DNA of 43,699 nt from a virus (lineage: Duplodnaviria > Caudoviricetes). The number at the start of each line of letters is the position of its first letter. Positions within the stretch are counted from its first letter, which is position 1. Where the stretch lies: IMG/VR virus record IMGVR_UViG_3300005590_000018, positions 1 to 43,699 of that record; one strand, written 5' to 3'. Positions 8,827-16,953 of this stretch are shown one piece after another. The position numbers and the translations under genes were made by a program. The notes under the pieces are model-generated. The model had not been told where the DNA came from, did not search any database, and was given only the letters and a program-made list of their open reading frames with translations.

Positions 8827-9083
8827 GAAGGATTGAACTGAGCATCACGGCAGATGGGGATCTGGTGGCCTCCTATGCCGGCGAGTCCGTCACGTTTGAT
8901 CGATTCGACGTGATACGGCGGCTGCATGATCGACGCGGACCGAAAAACCTGACACTTGCAGAGTGCCTTGCTATGAGGCGCGATAGGAAACGAGGTCAGT
9001 CCGTGCCCGAGCTCGCGGGGAAGTACAGCGTGTCTCGCCGCACGGTATTCAGGATTACAAGCCCGAACTGGAAGTCAGGATGA
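8823..9083 (+). CDS. HTH DNA-binding protein (Mor/C-like C-terminal HTH); candidate late activator
   Basis: GQSVPELAGKYSVSRRTVFRI helix-turn-helix. Confidence 0.7.
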   Translation: MRRIELSITADGDLVASYAGESVTFDRFDVIRRLHDRRGPKNLTLAECLAMRRDRKRGQSVPELAGKYSVSRRTVFRITSPNWKSG

Positions 9084-9113
9084 TCAGATTCAAACCAACT
9101 TTGCGAGGTAGTC

Positions 9114-9575
9114 ATGGGACAGGAAGGAACATGGATTGATTGGAAGAACGAGCCTGCGCTGAAAAAGCACTTCCACCCGAAGGGTATTTACGCGAAGGTG
9201 TATCCGGGAGACTTCAACCACTTCTGCGATTCGGTTGTCGAGATCGCCCTATCCCGCTCCGGTGGGATAACGGAGGAACGGCTTCAAGACCAATACGAAT
9301 TGACCGGGACATTCTACAAGGGTACGAAGATGATCCCGCTCGTTGATGTTCTCGCCCTCATCGGTGAGCAGGAATCCCGTCCCGATTCGTCCAGGCGGGT
9401 TACGGAGGTTCAGATTGAGGGGGCCATGCTCGAAGCGTTTTCTTTTATGCCAATCAAGATCAAGGAGGGGAAAACTCTTGACGCAAAGCGGGTTTTTCAG
9501 GCCATGTGCAAAGCGGAAGAAAAGATTGTAGCCCTCCTATCCGGTGAACCAACCAACGAGGGGGAGGGGCGATGA
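9114..9575 (+). CDS. Hypothetical protein
   Basis: gaggt RBS, 153-aa ORF. Confidence 0.7.
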   Translation: MGQEGTWIDWKNEPALKKHFHPKGIYAKVYPGDFNHFCDSVVEIALSRSGGITEERLQDQYELTGTFYKGTKMIPLVDVLALIGEQESRPDSSRRVTEVQIEGAMLEAFSFMPIKIKEGKTLDAKRVFQAMCKAEEKIVALLSGEPTNEGEGR

Positions 9576-9811
9576 TGGTCAGACCACTCTATACAGTCTC
9601 CTTCGTTGGGAAGAAAGCAGGAAAGCCAAGCGACATAGCATTGGTCCACTACAACGAGTACGGGGCACACACCTTTTGCGGCAAGAGTATCACGGAGGAT
9701 TGGTTCGTGCTGACAAACAGGAGAGACGGCCATGCCAACTGCCCAAGATGCGTTGCAAAAAACAACCGACTTACCCCAACCCCAACCCAAACACCAGCCG
9801 ACGATGAGTGA
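9572..9811 (+). CDS. Small zinc-binding hypothetical protein
   Basis: H..HTFCG...CPRC; ATGA overlap. Confidence 0.6.
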   Translation: MMVRPLYTVSFVGKKAGKPSDIALVHYNEYGAHTFCGKSITEDWFVLTNRRDGHANCPRCVAKNNRLTPTPTQTPADDE

Positions 9812-10061
9812 TTTCAAAAACAAAAGGGTTGTGATTCCACGCGGAACACAGATCCACAGCACTCATCCATCACACGACAGGGACGGGCAAACGTCAACAC
9901 GAAAGCAAATTGTACTGGTCCATGATTCTGATGTCTGGAAGTGCCCAAACGCTCAAAAGATGGATTGCATCAAAATCCTTTGGGTTGGAAGTGGCGGGTA
10001 CTGGAAATGGGCGTGGTTTCCTCACGACATAAAACTGGAGGTAGTTACCGACGATGACTGA
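9804..10061 (+). CDS. Hypothetical protein
   Basis: Starts in an ATGAGTGA 8-nt overlap with the previous gene. Confidence 0.6.
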   Translation: MSDFKNKRVVIPRGTQIHSTHPSHDRDGQTSTRKQIVLVHDSDVWKCPNAQKMDCIKILWVGSGGYWKWAWFPHDIKLEVVTDDD

Positions 10062-10536
10062 CACGAACATGGAAAAGAAAACATACACAACCGAAATGAT
10101 CTCGGGCGCAGAGGCATTATTCAGCAGGCTCAGAGAGGCCGCAAAGCATGACGGGACAGCATCGTTTCCATTCCTTCAGGCGGTACAATTTGAGATTGAT
10201 GAAATGCGGAAAGCAGCCCGCCCCGCCCCCCAGATGGGAGAGGATTGGGTAGACGAGTTTATAGAAGCTGAAATGCCCCGAATGGCAGCAGACAAACAAC
10301 TCGTGCGGTTAGCAAAATCCCTGGAAGCCCCGGTCGTTTACTGCGAAGATGCTGAATACATGATACGCGAGGCCGTTCGCCGCGCCCTCTCCACGCGGGT
10401 CGGTGTGGATGTAGAGAGGATTATGCAAGCATTTCTGCGTGATTCAGAACAGATGTTTGGATGGTCAAAAGATGAAGCGATAGAACAATTCCCAAGACTT
10501 TCTGCCGCCCTCCAATCCGAACAGGGGGAGGGATGA
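10054..10536 (+). CDS. Modular hypothetical protein (linkers RPAPQMG, RALSTRVGVDVER, ALQSEQGEG)
   Basis: Shares three DNA blocks with 12345-13217. Confidence 0.7.
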   Translation: MTDTNMEKKTYTTEMISGAEALFSRLREAAKHDGTASFPFLQAVQFEIDEMRKAARPAPQMGEDWVDEFIEAEMPRMAADKQLVRLAKSLEAPVVYCEDAEYMIREAVRRALSTRVGVDVERIMQAFLRDSEQMFGWSKDEAIEQFPRLSAALQSEQGEG

Positions 10537-10814
10537 TACCACGCGACAAGAAATATCTGGACTTTGTGCGGGGGCTACCGTGCTGCATCTGCGGATCGAA
10601 AGCGGAAGCGCACCACGCCGGGAGGCACTACACCGGGGTTAAGCCGAGTGACTACACGGCAATTCCATTGTGCCACGTTCACCATATGGAATTGCATCAG
10701 ATAGGGCACATCCAGTTTCAGAAGAAACACGGCACTTCACTCACGCGGGAGATTGCCGCGTGCCTACACCTTCACGTAAGCGGCTCACGCTTGGAACTAC
10801 CGAACCGGATATGA
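10533..10814 (+). CDS. DUF968-like putative HNH-type zinc-binding nuclease
   Basis: YLDFVRGLPCCICG..AEAHH...KPSDYTAIPLCHVHHMELHQIG. Confidence 0.75.
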   Translation: MIPRDKKYLDFVRGLPCCICGSKAEAHHAGRHYTGVKPSDYTAIPLCHVHHMELHQIGHIQFQKKHGTSLTREIAACLHLHVSGSRLELPNRI

Positions 10815-10845
10815 GACAGGAGCACAAACTAGAAAAGGTGAGAGG

Positions 10846-10989
10846 ATGACCCGCCCCAACCTGGACCATATCGAATCGGCTCTATCAGGAGAGCCACAAA
10901 CCACGCCCGAACAGGCTGCGCTTATTTGGCGCGTGAAGGCTTGGGCGGTGCTGAAACTGAAACGGATTAAACGGAGGGTGCTGAGATGA
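10846..10989 (+). CDS. 47-aa basic hypothetical protein (not in the ORF track)
   Basis: MTRPNLDHIE...KRIKRRVLR; RBS and ATGA overlap with 10986. Confidence 0.55.
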   Translation: MTRPNLDHIESALSGEPQTTPEQAALIWRVKAWAVLKLKRIKRRVLR

Positions 10990-11255
10990 AAGCACAATAC
11001 GACGACATTGAAATCAATCTGACAACCAGGTACAAAAAAGCACTGGTCGAAGTGGGAGAGTCCTTCTTGCAGATGATGCGAGAACAGGACACCGGGAACG
11101 AGGATTGTTGGACATGGTGTGAGATAACAGTTGGCAATCTTGCTGAGTCTAACGGGTTGTCGTTCTATTGCGGCGGCGATGATGACCGCCCGGACGGAAT
11201 GGCATACGAAGTTGTTATTCGGGGCGAACAGGAGGCAAAGACTGATGAAAACTGA
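10986..11255 (+). CDS. Acidic hypothetical protein
   Basis: ggagg RBS, coupled ORF. Confidence 0.65.
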   Translation: MKAQYDDIEINLTTRYKKALVEVGESFLQMMREQDTGNEDCWTWCEITVGNLAESNGLSFYCGGDDDRPDGMAYEVVIRGEQEAKTDEN

Positions 11256-11562
11256 CTGGATGAAAGAGCCGGAGATTACCGAGTACCTACATGGATTCAA
11301 TATGGCGCGAGAAGCCGTGAATCTCGACACGGTACCCGAACTATTCGTGGAGGGGCTTGCACAACAAGTTACTGCCATAAACAGCCGCAAGATTGCGGAG
11401 CGGGTGGAGGGGTTGGATAGGTACAAGCCCGAACTGTTTACCCATTCGGGGATGCAATTCGCGGGTATGTCAAAGATGGTGTGGGACGGGAATTACTTGA
11501 AGGTAGATGACGCACTCGCCGCTATCAACCACGACACAGATTCGGAGGACGCGGAAGGATGA
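11245..11562 (+). CDS. Hypothetical protein
   Basis: ggagg RBS before ATG 11245; ends in the EG-stop junction. Confidence 0.65.
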   Translation: MKTDWMKEPEITEYLHGFNMAREAVNLDTVPELFVEGLAQQVTAINSRKIAERVEGLDRYKPELFTHSGMQFAGMSKMVWDGNYLKVDDALAAINHDTDSEDAEG

Positions 11563-11675
11563 GGGTAAGACACCTATTGTGCGCGGTATTTGGGCACATC
11601 TACATTTTCGACAAAAAGGAATACGGTACAGACCGCCTACGATGCCGTAGGTGCCAAAAATACTATTGGGTATGA
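11559..11675 (+). CDS. 38-aa DUF1660-like prophage protein (not in the ORF track)
   Basis: MRVRHLLCAVFGHIY...CRRCQK matches the LLCxxFGH...CxRC pattern. Confidence 0.6.
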   Translation: MRVRHLLCAVFGHIYIFDKKEYGTDRLRCRRCQKYYWV

Positions 11676-11690
11676 ACGAGGACAACGACC

Positions 11691-12002
11691 ATGAGTGAAC
11701 TACTTGAACGGATTGAGAAGCGGCTAAGGAAAAAAAACTTCATGTTCCCAACAGGAGCAATGGAGACTATCCTTTCCATCCTCCGCGATGAGTTGGGGGA
11801 GAAGCGTGACCATACAGCGGGGGGGTTGCTAAAGGCCGATCCGCGCCCCCGTTGTTGGTTCTGGTACACCGAGCAGCAGGAGCCAGTAGCAATCAGCCCC
11901 GACAGGCAATGGTACGATGAGCGTGGACAGATCAACGTGATCCCAGCAGATACAGTAATGATTCCATTGCCCCGTTTCCCAATGGATGTAGACGGAGAAT
12001 AA
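11691..12002 (+). CDS. Hypothetical protein
   Basis: gagga RBS, 103-aa ORF. Confidence 0.65.
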   Translation: MSELLERIEKRLRKKNFMFPTGAMETILSILRDELGEKRDHTAGGLLKADPRPRCWFWYTEQQEPVAISPDRQWYDERGQINVIPADTVMIPLPRFPMDVDGE

Positions 12003-12352
12003 TGATGAAAGCAGTTCCCGTGTTTTCAAGAAACTGGGGCAGTTCACTCCCCCTCCCGTTCGGACTTGTCCCAAAGAAGTTCAGGACGCACAAGCGTGGA
12101 AAGTACGCGGCTGGCGTATTCACTTGCCCCCATTGCAACCATGATAGATGGAATGACAAATCTGGTCCGATTGGCATCGCCAAGCACTCACACAAATACA
12201 TAGATGGGTCAACCGAAGATCAGGCTGTATGGGTGTGGGAGTGCCAGAAGTGTTTTGAATACTATTGGCATCACTTATCTAGCGGAGAATTTCAGACATA
12301 CCGCTGCCGATTTGAACTATCCACCCCAACCGGAGACAGCCACGATGAGTGA
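12002..12352 (+). CDS. Zinc-ribbon hypothetical protein
   Basis: CPHC...ECQKCFEYYWHH. Confidence 0.65.
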   Translation: MMKAVPVFSRNWGSSLPLPFGLVPKKFRTHKRGKYAAGVFTCPHCNHDRWNDKSGPIGIAKHSHKYIDGSTEDQAVWVWECQKCFEYYWHHLSSGEFQTYRCRFELSTPTGDSHDE

Positions 12353-13217
12353 ACAGAAAACGACCGGGATTGATTGGAAAAGCCCAGACGGGTTGATGGC
12401 ACAGATCGAAAACCTTTGTGCCACAGAGTATGATCCAATCTTCAATGATATTGCTGAACTTGCTGCCAAAGCACGAGAAGCCCTTGCCACTCGCCCCGCC
12501 CCACAGGTGGGCAATGACTTGATGGGATTGACTGACGATGAGTGGCATGAATTGGTGCTTAAAGCCTATTCGGAATGGATGGGCAGGGGCATTGAGCCGA
12601 TAGAAACTATCCGCGCCGCATTACCTGCCGCCCCACAGGTGGGGGAGGCCGCCAAACATTCCGCTGGTTGGGGTATGACCATGAGGCGGCAGGTCGAGGA
12701 GGCAATTGAGTGGTCTGAGGGTGGTATGTGGCTGCCGTGTAGCGGGTGCCTTGAAATAGGGGAGTACGGATCTGTTTTAGCCGGAGGTCACAGCGACATC
12801 TTCGGAATGACCGTTGGGATGGGCTGCTCAGAATGCGGCGGCATCGGCGCAACATGGCACGAAGAAGATCCACATGCGGCTTACACAACAGAGGCGTGCA
12901 AGGAGATGCTGAGAGAAACGGGCGTGCCCATCACTCCACAGGAGGAACCGTCACAGGTGGGGGAGGAATGCCAGAAATGCCACGGAGACGGCATGATAGA
13001 TGGTCACGGGACAATATGCGATTGCGAAGATGGCGCTGACAATCGCGCCCTCTCCACGCGGGGCGGTGTGGATGTGGAGAGGTTGATGGATCGAATGGAG
13101 TGGAAACAGGACGAATCCGGCGATCCGTGTGTCGTTCTCACGCAGGACGATCTTCGGGACCTGTTGACCGCCCTCCAATCCGAACAGGGTGAAAACATCA
13201 ACACGGAAAAGGGATGA
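12345..13217 (+). CDS. Modular hypothetical protein with zinc-finger modules separated by PQVG(E)-type linkers
   Basis: CSGC...CSECGGIG and CQKCHGDG...CDC modules; three (P/S)QVG linkers plus RALSTRGGVDVER and ALQSEQGE blocks. Confidence 0.7.
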   Translation: MSEQKTTGIDWKSPDGLMAQIENLCATEYDPIFNDIAELAAKAREALATRPAPQVGNDLMGLTDDEWHELVLKAYSEWMGRGIEPIETIRAALPAAPQVGEAAKHSAGWGMTMRRQVEEAIEWSEGGMWLPCSGCLEIGEYGSVLAGGHSDIFGMTVGMGCSECGGIGATWHEEDPHAAYTTEACKEMLRETGVPITPQEEPSQVGEECQKCHGDGMIDGHGTICDCEDGADNRALSTRGGVDVERLMDRMEWKQDESGDPCVVLTQDDLRDLLTALQSEQGENINTEKG

Positions 13218-13507
13218 GCAAAGCAGACCGAAACTTCCTACGAAGAAAAAACAAGTGGGTCACGCCGCTTTGTCACCTACCGTTTTTCCAACTCGAAAAC
13301 AGGTTGGAATCCATGACAACACGGCAACTCAGGGCAACCCTGAGGGTCATGGACGGCCTCACAACATCGAACTGCTGGTGGGCAGAATACAATTTCGCCA
13401 AGCGGTACAGAGGTCGCATTGTTGACCTGTTGGCATCACACTACCGCTTCAGGCTTCCCGCCCAGCCACCATTCCAATCACACACAAACACGGAGGGAGA
13501 GGGATGA
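13214..13507 (+). CDS. Basic hypothetical protein
   Basis: ATGA-coupled ORF ending QSHTNTEGEG. Confidence 0.6.
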   Translation: MSKADRNFLRRKNKWVTPLCHLPFFQLENRLESMTTRQLRATLRVMDGLTTSNCWWAEYNFAKRYRGRIVDLLASHYRFRLPAQPPFQSHTNTEGEG

Positions 13508-13761
13508 AAGACCTGCCGAAACTAACGCACCCATATTGCACCAATGATCGCTGTTTGGTCTGCCTTGACGACCACCTGTCGCTTGGGAAATACCTTGATA
13601 AACAAACAGGAAGGAATGACTTAGATCATCTTGGGAAATACCACAAGTGGCTATCTGACAATGGCATTCCAAACGAAACGGAATACGGGTGGGCACATCC
13701 TGACGCATTCCTGATTGAAAATATCAGATCCTATATTTCTCGGTACACGGACCATGACTAA
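13504..13761 (+). CDS. Hypothetical protein (Cys/His cluster)
   Basis: HPYCTNDRCLVCLDDH; ATGA overlap. Confidence 0.6.
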   Translation: MKDLPKLTHPYCTNDRCLVCLDDHLSLGKYLDKQTGRNDLDHLGKYHKWLSDNGIPNETEYGWAHPDAFLIENIRSYISRYTDHD

Positions 13762-13803
13762 CACCCCACGCCTGATCCGCATTCAATCACACAACGAGCG
13801 AGG

Positions 13804-13953
13804 ATGAAGATGAATAACACAACGAGACGCATAGCGGCTTGGATGTGGCTGATAGCCGCCGGGATTCTGGTTGCATTAGGCCGTCCTGATGGAGTGTGGA
13901 TATTTATTCTATGCGCGACCATCTGGTATTCAAGCGTGGAGAACGAGCGATGA
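13804..13953 (+). CDS. 49-aa membrane protein (not in the ORF track)
   Basis: IAAWMWLIAAGILVALG and VWIFILCATIW hydrophobic segments; ATGA overlaps on both sides. Confidence 0.55.
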   Translation: MKMNNTTRRIAAWMWLIAAGILVALGRPDGVWIFILCATIWYSSVENER

Positions 13954-14249
13954 AACTGATACGCATAGTGAAACTGCAACGAGTCCCGTATGGTGAACTG
14001 GATGAGGGAGATCGGTTCGGGGTAATTGTGTTCGGCAAGATGCGCGAGTATACAAAGAGGTTCGACGGCGATGTGCGGCCCGATCAGGATAAACTTGCCC
14101 TCGACACCACCAAGTACCCGCCCGAATCAGAGACGTGGAACGTGGAAGGGATTCAATTCGAGCCATTTGTTCGAGGCCCGCAAGGGAAATGCGCTTGGAT
14201 GTTGCACGGCATCTTCGACGAATCCGAAATCGAAACCCGGTACATATAG
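13950..14249 (+). CDS. Hypothetical protein
   Basis: ATGA overlap with 13804-13953. Confidence 0.6.
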   Translation: MKLIRIVKLQRVPYGELDEGDRFGVIVFGKMREYTKRFDGDVRPDQDKLALDTTKYPPESETWNVEGIQFEPFVRGPQGKCAWMLHGIFDESEIETRYI

Positions 14250-14256
14250 CCACAAT

Positions 14257-14285
14257 CGAATATCAACTGATCGCACACCTATATT
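14257..14285 (+). promoter_or_regulatory. Putative late promoter 1 (lysis operon)
   Basis: cgaatatcaac-N12-tatatt; the same motif and spacing occur at 16391 and 34830. Confidence 0.7.
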
Positions 14286-14313
14286 TGGTTTGGGCCAAAC
14301 AGGACAGGAAAAG

Positions 14314-14841
14314 ATGTTTTTTTCGGGACAAAAAAAGGTAGATGATGACCTTGCGATTTTGGCAGAGTCAGAGTTCAACCTGTCTCCATTTCCCAGGGCA
14401 ATAGTGTCCGAACATGGCACTGTTGTTCGGTGCAACCGAGCATTTGCCCGGTTTCTTGGCCTATCAGAATCAGAAATACTATCAAAGCCCGCTGATTTTG
14501 TTGAGCTGACGCATCCGGATGATGTTTTTGATGATGCGACCGGATTTGTGGGGATAAAGAGTGGGGATATAGACCACTACTTTATAGGCAAAAAGCGCTG
14601 GATCAACAGTATGCGCGATGTGTATGTGCCTGGTGGCCTAAGCGTGTATGCGGACCCAGAAAGAAGAACCAGGTCTGTTATGGCGGTCATAGTTCCTGAG
14701 TCGCCACTTGTTGAGGAGAACAGGCAACTAAGAGAGACGATTGTGGCTTTGAAGCAGGCTTTGCGGGCGATCGGTGATCCGGAGATTCAGGCGCTAATCG
14801 ACAAGGTTCACCAGGGAGGCGAAGGTGATGGACAGGATTGA
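14314..14841 (+). CDS. Stand-alone PAS domain protein with C-terminal coiled coil
   Basis: AIVSEHGTVVRCNRAFARFLGLSESEILSK..FVELTHPDD...Y..KKRW PAS S-box pattern; aggacagga RBS before ATG 14314. Confidence 0.85.
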   Translation: MFFSGQKKVDDDLAILAESEFNLSPFPRAIVSEHGTVVRCNRAFARFLGLSESEILSKPADFVELTHPDDVFDDATGFVGIKSGDIDHYFIGKKRWINSMRDVYVPGGLSVYADPERRTRSVMAVIVPESPLVEENRQLRETIVALKQALRAIGDPEIQALIDKVHQGGEGDGQD

Positions 14842-15142
14842 GCGCATAGTCATTCGCCTCGATGCGGAAATGAAGGCTTTGGATGCTGATGTTCAGGAAA
14901 CCAAGAAAAACGACCTGATTTTGGTAGAAAAGGTTGGGGGATTGAAGGCTGACGTTTCCTTGTTGCGCGACCTTATCCAATCCAGGGGCGGCAGTCTTGT
15001 TGAGACAAGCATTGTCCCGCTGATCGAGGTGTTTTTGAAGGCCAAAAATGTCGCATACATAGTTGCCGTTTGCTTTGCGGTAGCGTTACTCTGGTTCGTC
15101 ATAGCGCAGGACGGATTACTTATCCTGCTAAACGCAAAATGA
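14828..15142 (+). CDS. Coiled-coil protein with C-terminal TM helix; holin-like candidate
   Basis: Heptad N-terminus, then VAYIVAVCFAVALLWFVIA; upstream of the endolysin. Confidence 0.55.
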   Translation: MDRIERIVIRLDAEMKALDADVQETKKNDLILVEKVGGLKADVSLLRDLIQSRGGSLVETSIVPLIEVFLKAKNVAYIVAVCFAVALLWFVIAQDGLLILLNAK

Positions 15143-15156
15143 TAGGAGGAAACCCC

Positions 15157-15498
15157 ATGTCACATGATAGCATCACCCCAACAAGCCCCGACAAAGATCA
15201 GAGCGTAACGGATCGGATTGCCGAGTCGGAAGTGTTTGACAAGATCACAAGCGGGGCAGCAGACCTTTTGGAAGAACAAAAGGATCGGCACATTGACACA
15301 GCCGTCGAGTGGGTGCTGGAAAACTGGCCCCAGCTCATCGAGAAGGTGAAGTCTCGTAGGCTCCGGTGGCTCCTCAAGTTGGTTCCGATCAAGCTGGTTT
15401 CCAATGAGGTTGCGGAGTTTCTGATTGAGGCTGCAATCGCCTTGTTCCGGGGCGCGAAGGATCGCGTCCTGGCAATGGATGGAGAGGAAAACGGATGA
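15157..15498 (+). CDS. Hypothetical helical protein in the lysis operon
   Basis: aggagg RBS before ATG 15157; ATGA overlap with the endolysin. Confidence 0.65.
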   Translation: MSHDSITPTSPDKDQSVTDRIAESEVFDKITSGAADLLEEQKDRHIDTAVEWVLENWPQLIEKVKSRRLRWLLKLVPIKLVSNEVAEFLIEAAIALFRGAKDRVLAMDGEENG

Positions 15499-16073
15499 TC
15501 CCCTCTCCCAAGACGGAAAGCGAATACCCATCCTCGTACCTCGCTGCCGCAAAGGTGACGGCGGGGTACGAAGGTGGTCACGCTGACAATCCGGATGACC
15601 CAGGCGGCGAAACCATGCGCGGCGTGACCGAGGCGTTGGCGCGGAAGCACGGGCACGAGGGGGAAATGAAAACCCTCACCACATGGGACCAGCTCTACAT
15701 TCTGTATGAGGAGTTCTGGCGCGTTCTTGGCCTGACCCGGATTGCAGAGGCGTACAGCCAAGAGTTGGCCCAGGAATTATTCGATAGCGCGGTATTGTGC
15801 GGACCCCGAACAGCCGGCAAGTGGCTACAAAGGATTCTCAACTCGTTCAACAAGAAGGCCGTTCTGTATGATGACCTCGATGTGGACGGGATCATTGGTC
15901 CAGCCACGCTACGAGCTCTGGATGCGTTCACGCGATACAAGTACCCATTCACCCGGCACATGATTGTCCGCAAGATGAATGATATGCTATCGGTATACCT
16001 CCTTGAGTTGACGGAGCAGAACGACCGATACGAAACATTCATGTGGGGATGGGAAATGAATCGGGTCCAATAG
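15495..16073 (+). CDS. Endolysin, glycoside hydrolase family 108 with PG_binding_3-like domain
   Basis: YEGGHADNPDDPGGETMRGVT; FDSAVLCG; LQRILN...VDGIIGPATLRAL; FMWGW..NRV. Confidence 0.92.
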   Translation: MIPSPKTESEYPSSYLAAAKVTAGYEGGHADNPDDPGGETMRGVTEALARKHGHEGEMKTLTTWDQLYILYEEFWRVLGLTRIAEAYSQELAQELFDSAVLCGPRTAGKWLQRILNSFNKKAVLYDDLDVDGIIGPATLRALDAFTRYKYPFTRHMIVRKMNDMLSVYLLELTEQNDRYETFMWGWEMNRVQ

Positions 16074-16080
16074 ACAGGCC

Positions 16081-16257
16081 ATGAACTTCCGCGACTTCAT
16101 ATCAGCAGCAAACCGATCAGAAAGGTTTTACCTGGCATCAATCATCCTGGCGTTCATGTGTATCTACCATGAGGTGTACGCCGCCGGATTGGCACTCATC
16201 CTGGTGTCAAGCACCGAAAGGGTTGTGGGTGTCATTCGTGAGCAGCGCAAGCCATGA
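16081..16257 (+). CDS. 58-aa two-TM protein, holin candidate (not in the ORF track)
   Basis: FYLASIILAFMCIY and VYAAGLALILVSS hydrophobic segments, basic C-terminus, directly after the endolysin. Confidence 0.55.
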   Translation: MNFRDFISAANRSERFYLASIILAFMCIYHEVYAAGLALILVSSTERVVGVIREQRKP

Positions 16258-16376
16258 CCATCCTCACCTACGCCATACCCATTGCCGCAATCGCATTGGT
16301 GATCCGCTCCCTTCGTGGGCTGGCAATCATGCGTGACAAGATCGAACAAATGGAGGCGGCAGAACGCACGGCATGA
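16254..16376 (+). CDS. 40-aa single-TM protein (not in the ORF track)
   Basis: MTILTYAIPIAAIALVIRS...; ATGA overlap. Confidence 0.45.
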   Translation: MTILTYAIPIAAIALVIRSLRGLAIMRDKIEQMEAAERTA

Positions 16377-16390
16377 CGGGTTAGGGTTTG

Positions 16391-16419
16391 CGAAGATCAA
16401 CGGTTTGGTGCGTTACATT
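16391..16419 (+). promoter_or_regulatory. Putative late promoter 2 (ejection protein / terminase operon)
   Basis: cgaagatcaac-N12-tacatt. Confidence 0.7.
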
Positions 16420-16464
16420 GAGTCCTGAACTCCCACAAAAGCGAATACTCGTTCGCACAGTAAA

Positions 16465-16950
16465 ATGGGCCTATTCGGGAACAGCAAGGACAAGAAGAAG
16501 GCAGACAACGCGATGAAGTTTGCCCGCCACGATACGAAGGAGATTCGTACTGGCTTTGAGCAACGCCGCAACAACCTGCTGAATCAGTCGGCAACCGACA
16601 CCGATGTATTCCGGGCCGGACAGGGTGTGCTTAAAAACATGATGCTCCAGCAGGGTCGCCGTAACGACCGGGTGGCAGCTCGTTACGGTGGGACAGGCTC
16701 AGAGGTGGCTCTGGCACAGGGGAACAACATGGCAATGACGCGGGCTGATTTCCTTCGTCGCCTGATGCTCGATTCCGAGCAGAACCGATTGGCCCAACTT
16801 GCCCAGGCTGATGCTGGCGTGATGAACAGCAACAACAGTCTCAATGTGCTTGCCGGCGGCATGGTTCAATCTGCAGACCAGCGGGCAGCTCGTCGGGCAC
16901 AGATGATTTCCGGTGCGCTGCAATCGGGCGCAATGGCATTTGGGGCGTAA
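16465..16950 (+). CDS. Putative internal virion (ejection) protein
   Basis: Ala/Gln/Gly-rich helical protein starting MGLFG; first of three genes of increasing size, as in podovirus ejection modules. Confidence 0.6.
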   Translation: MGLFGNSKDKKKADNAMKFARHDTKEIRTGFEQRRNNLLNQSATDTDVFRAGQGVLKNMMLQQGRRNDRVAARYGGTGSEVALAQGNNMAMTRADFLRRLMLDSEQNRLAQLAQADAGVMNSNNSLNVLAGGMVQSADQRAARRAQMISGALQSGAMAFGA

Positions 16951-16953
16951 ACC

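Noticed and set aside
10219-13189. Linker repeats as a CRISPR array or a DGR template/variable pair
   Set aside because: Irregular spacing, in-frame coding, no reverse transcriptase or cas operon, and mismatches not confined to adenines
14026-14313. N-terminal extension of the PAS ORF given in the track
   Set aside because: It overlaps gene 13950-14249 and the promoter motif; the RBS supports ATG 14314
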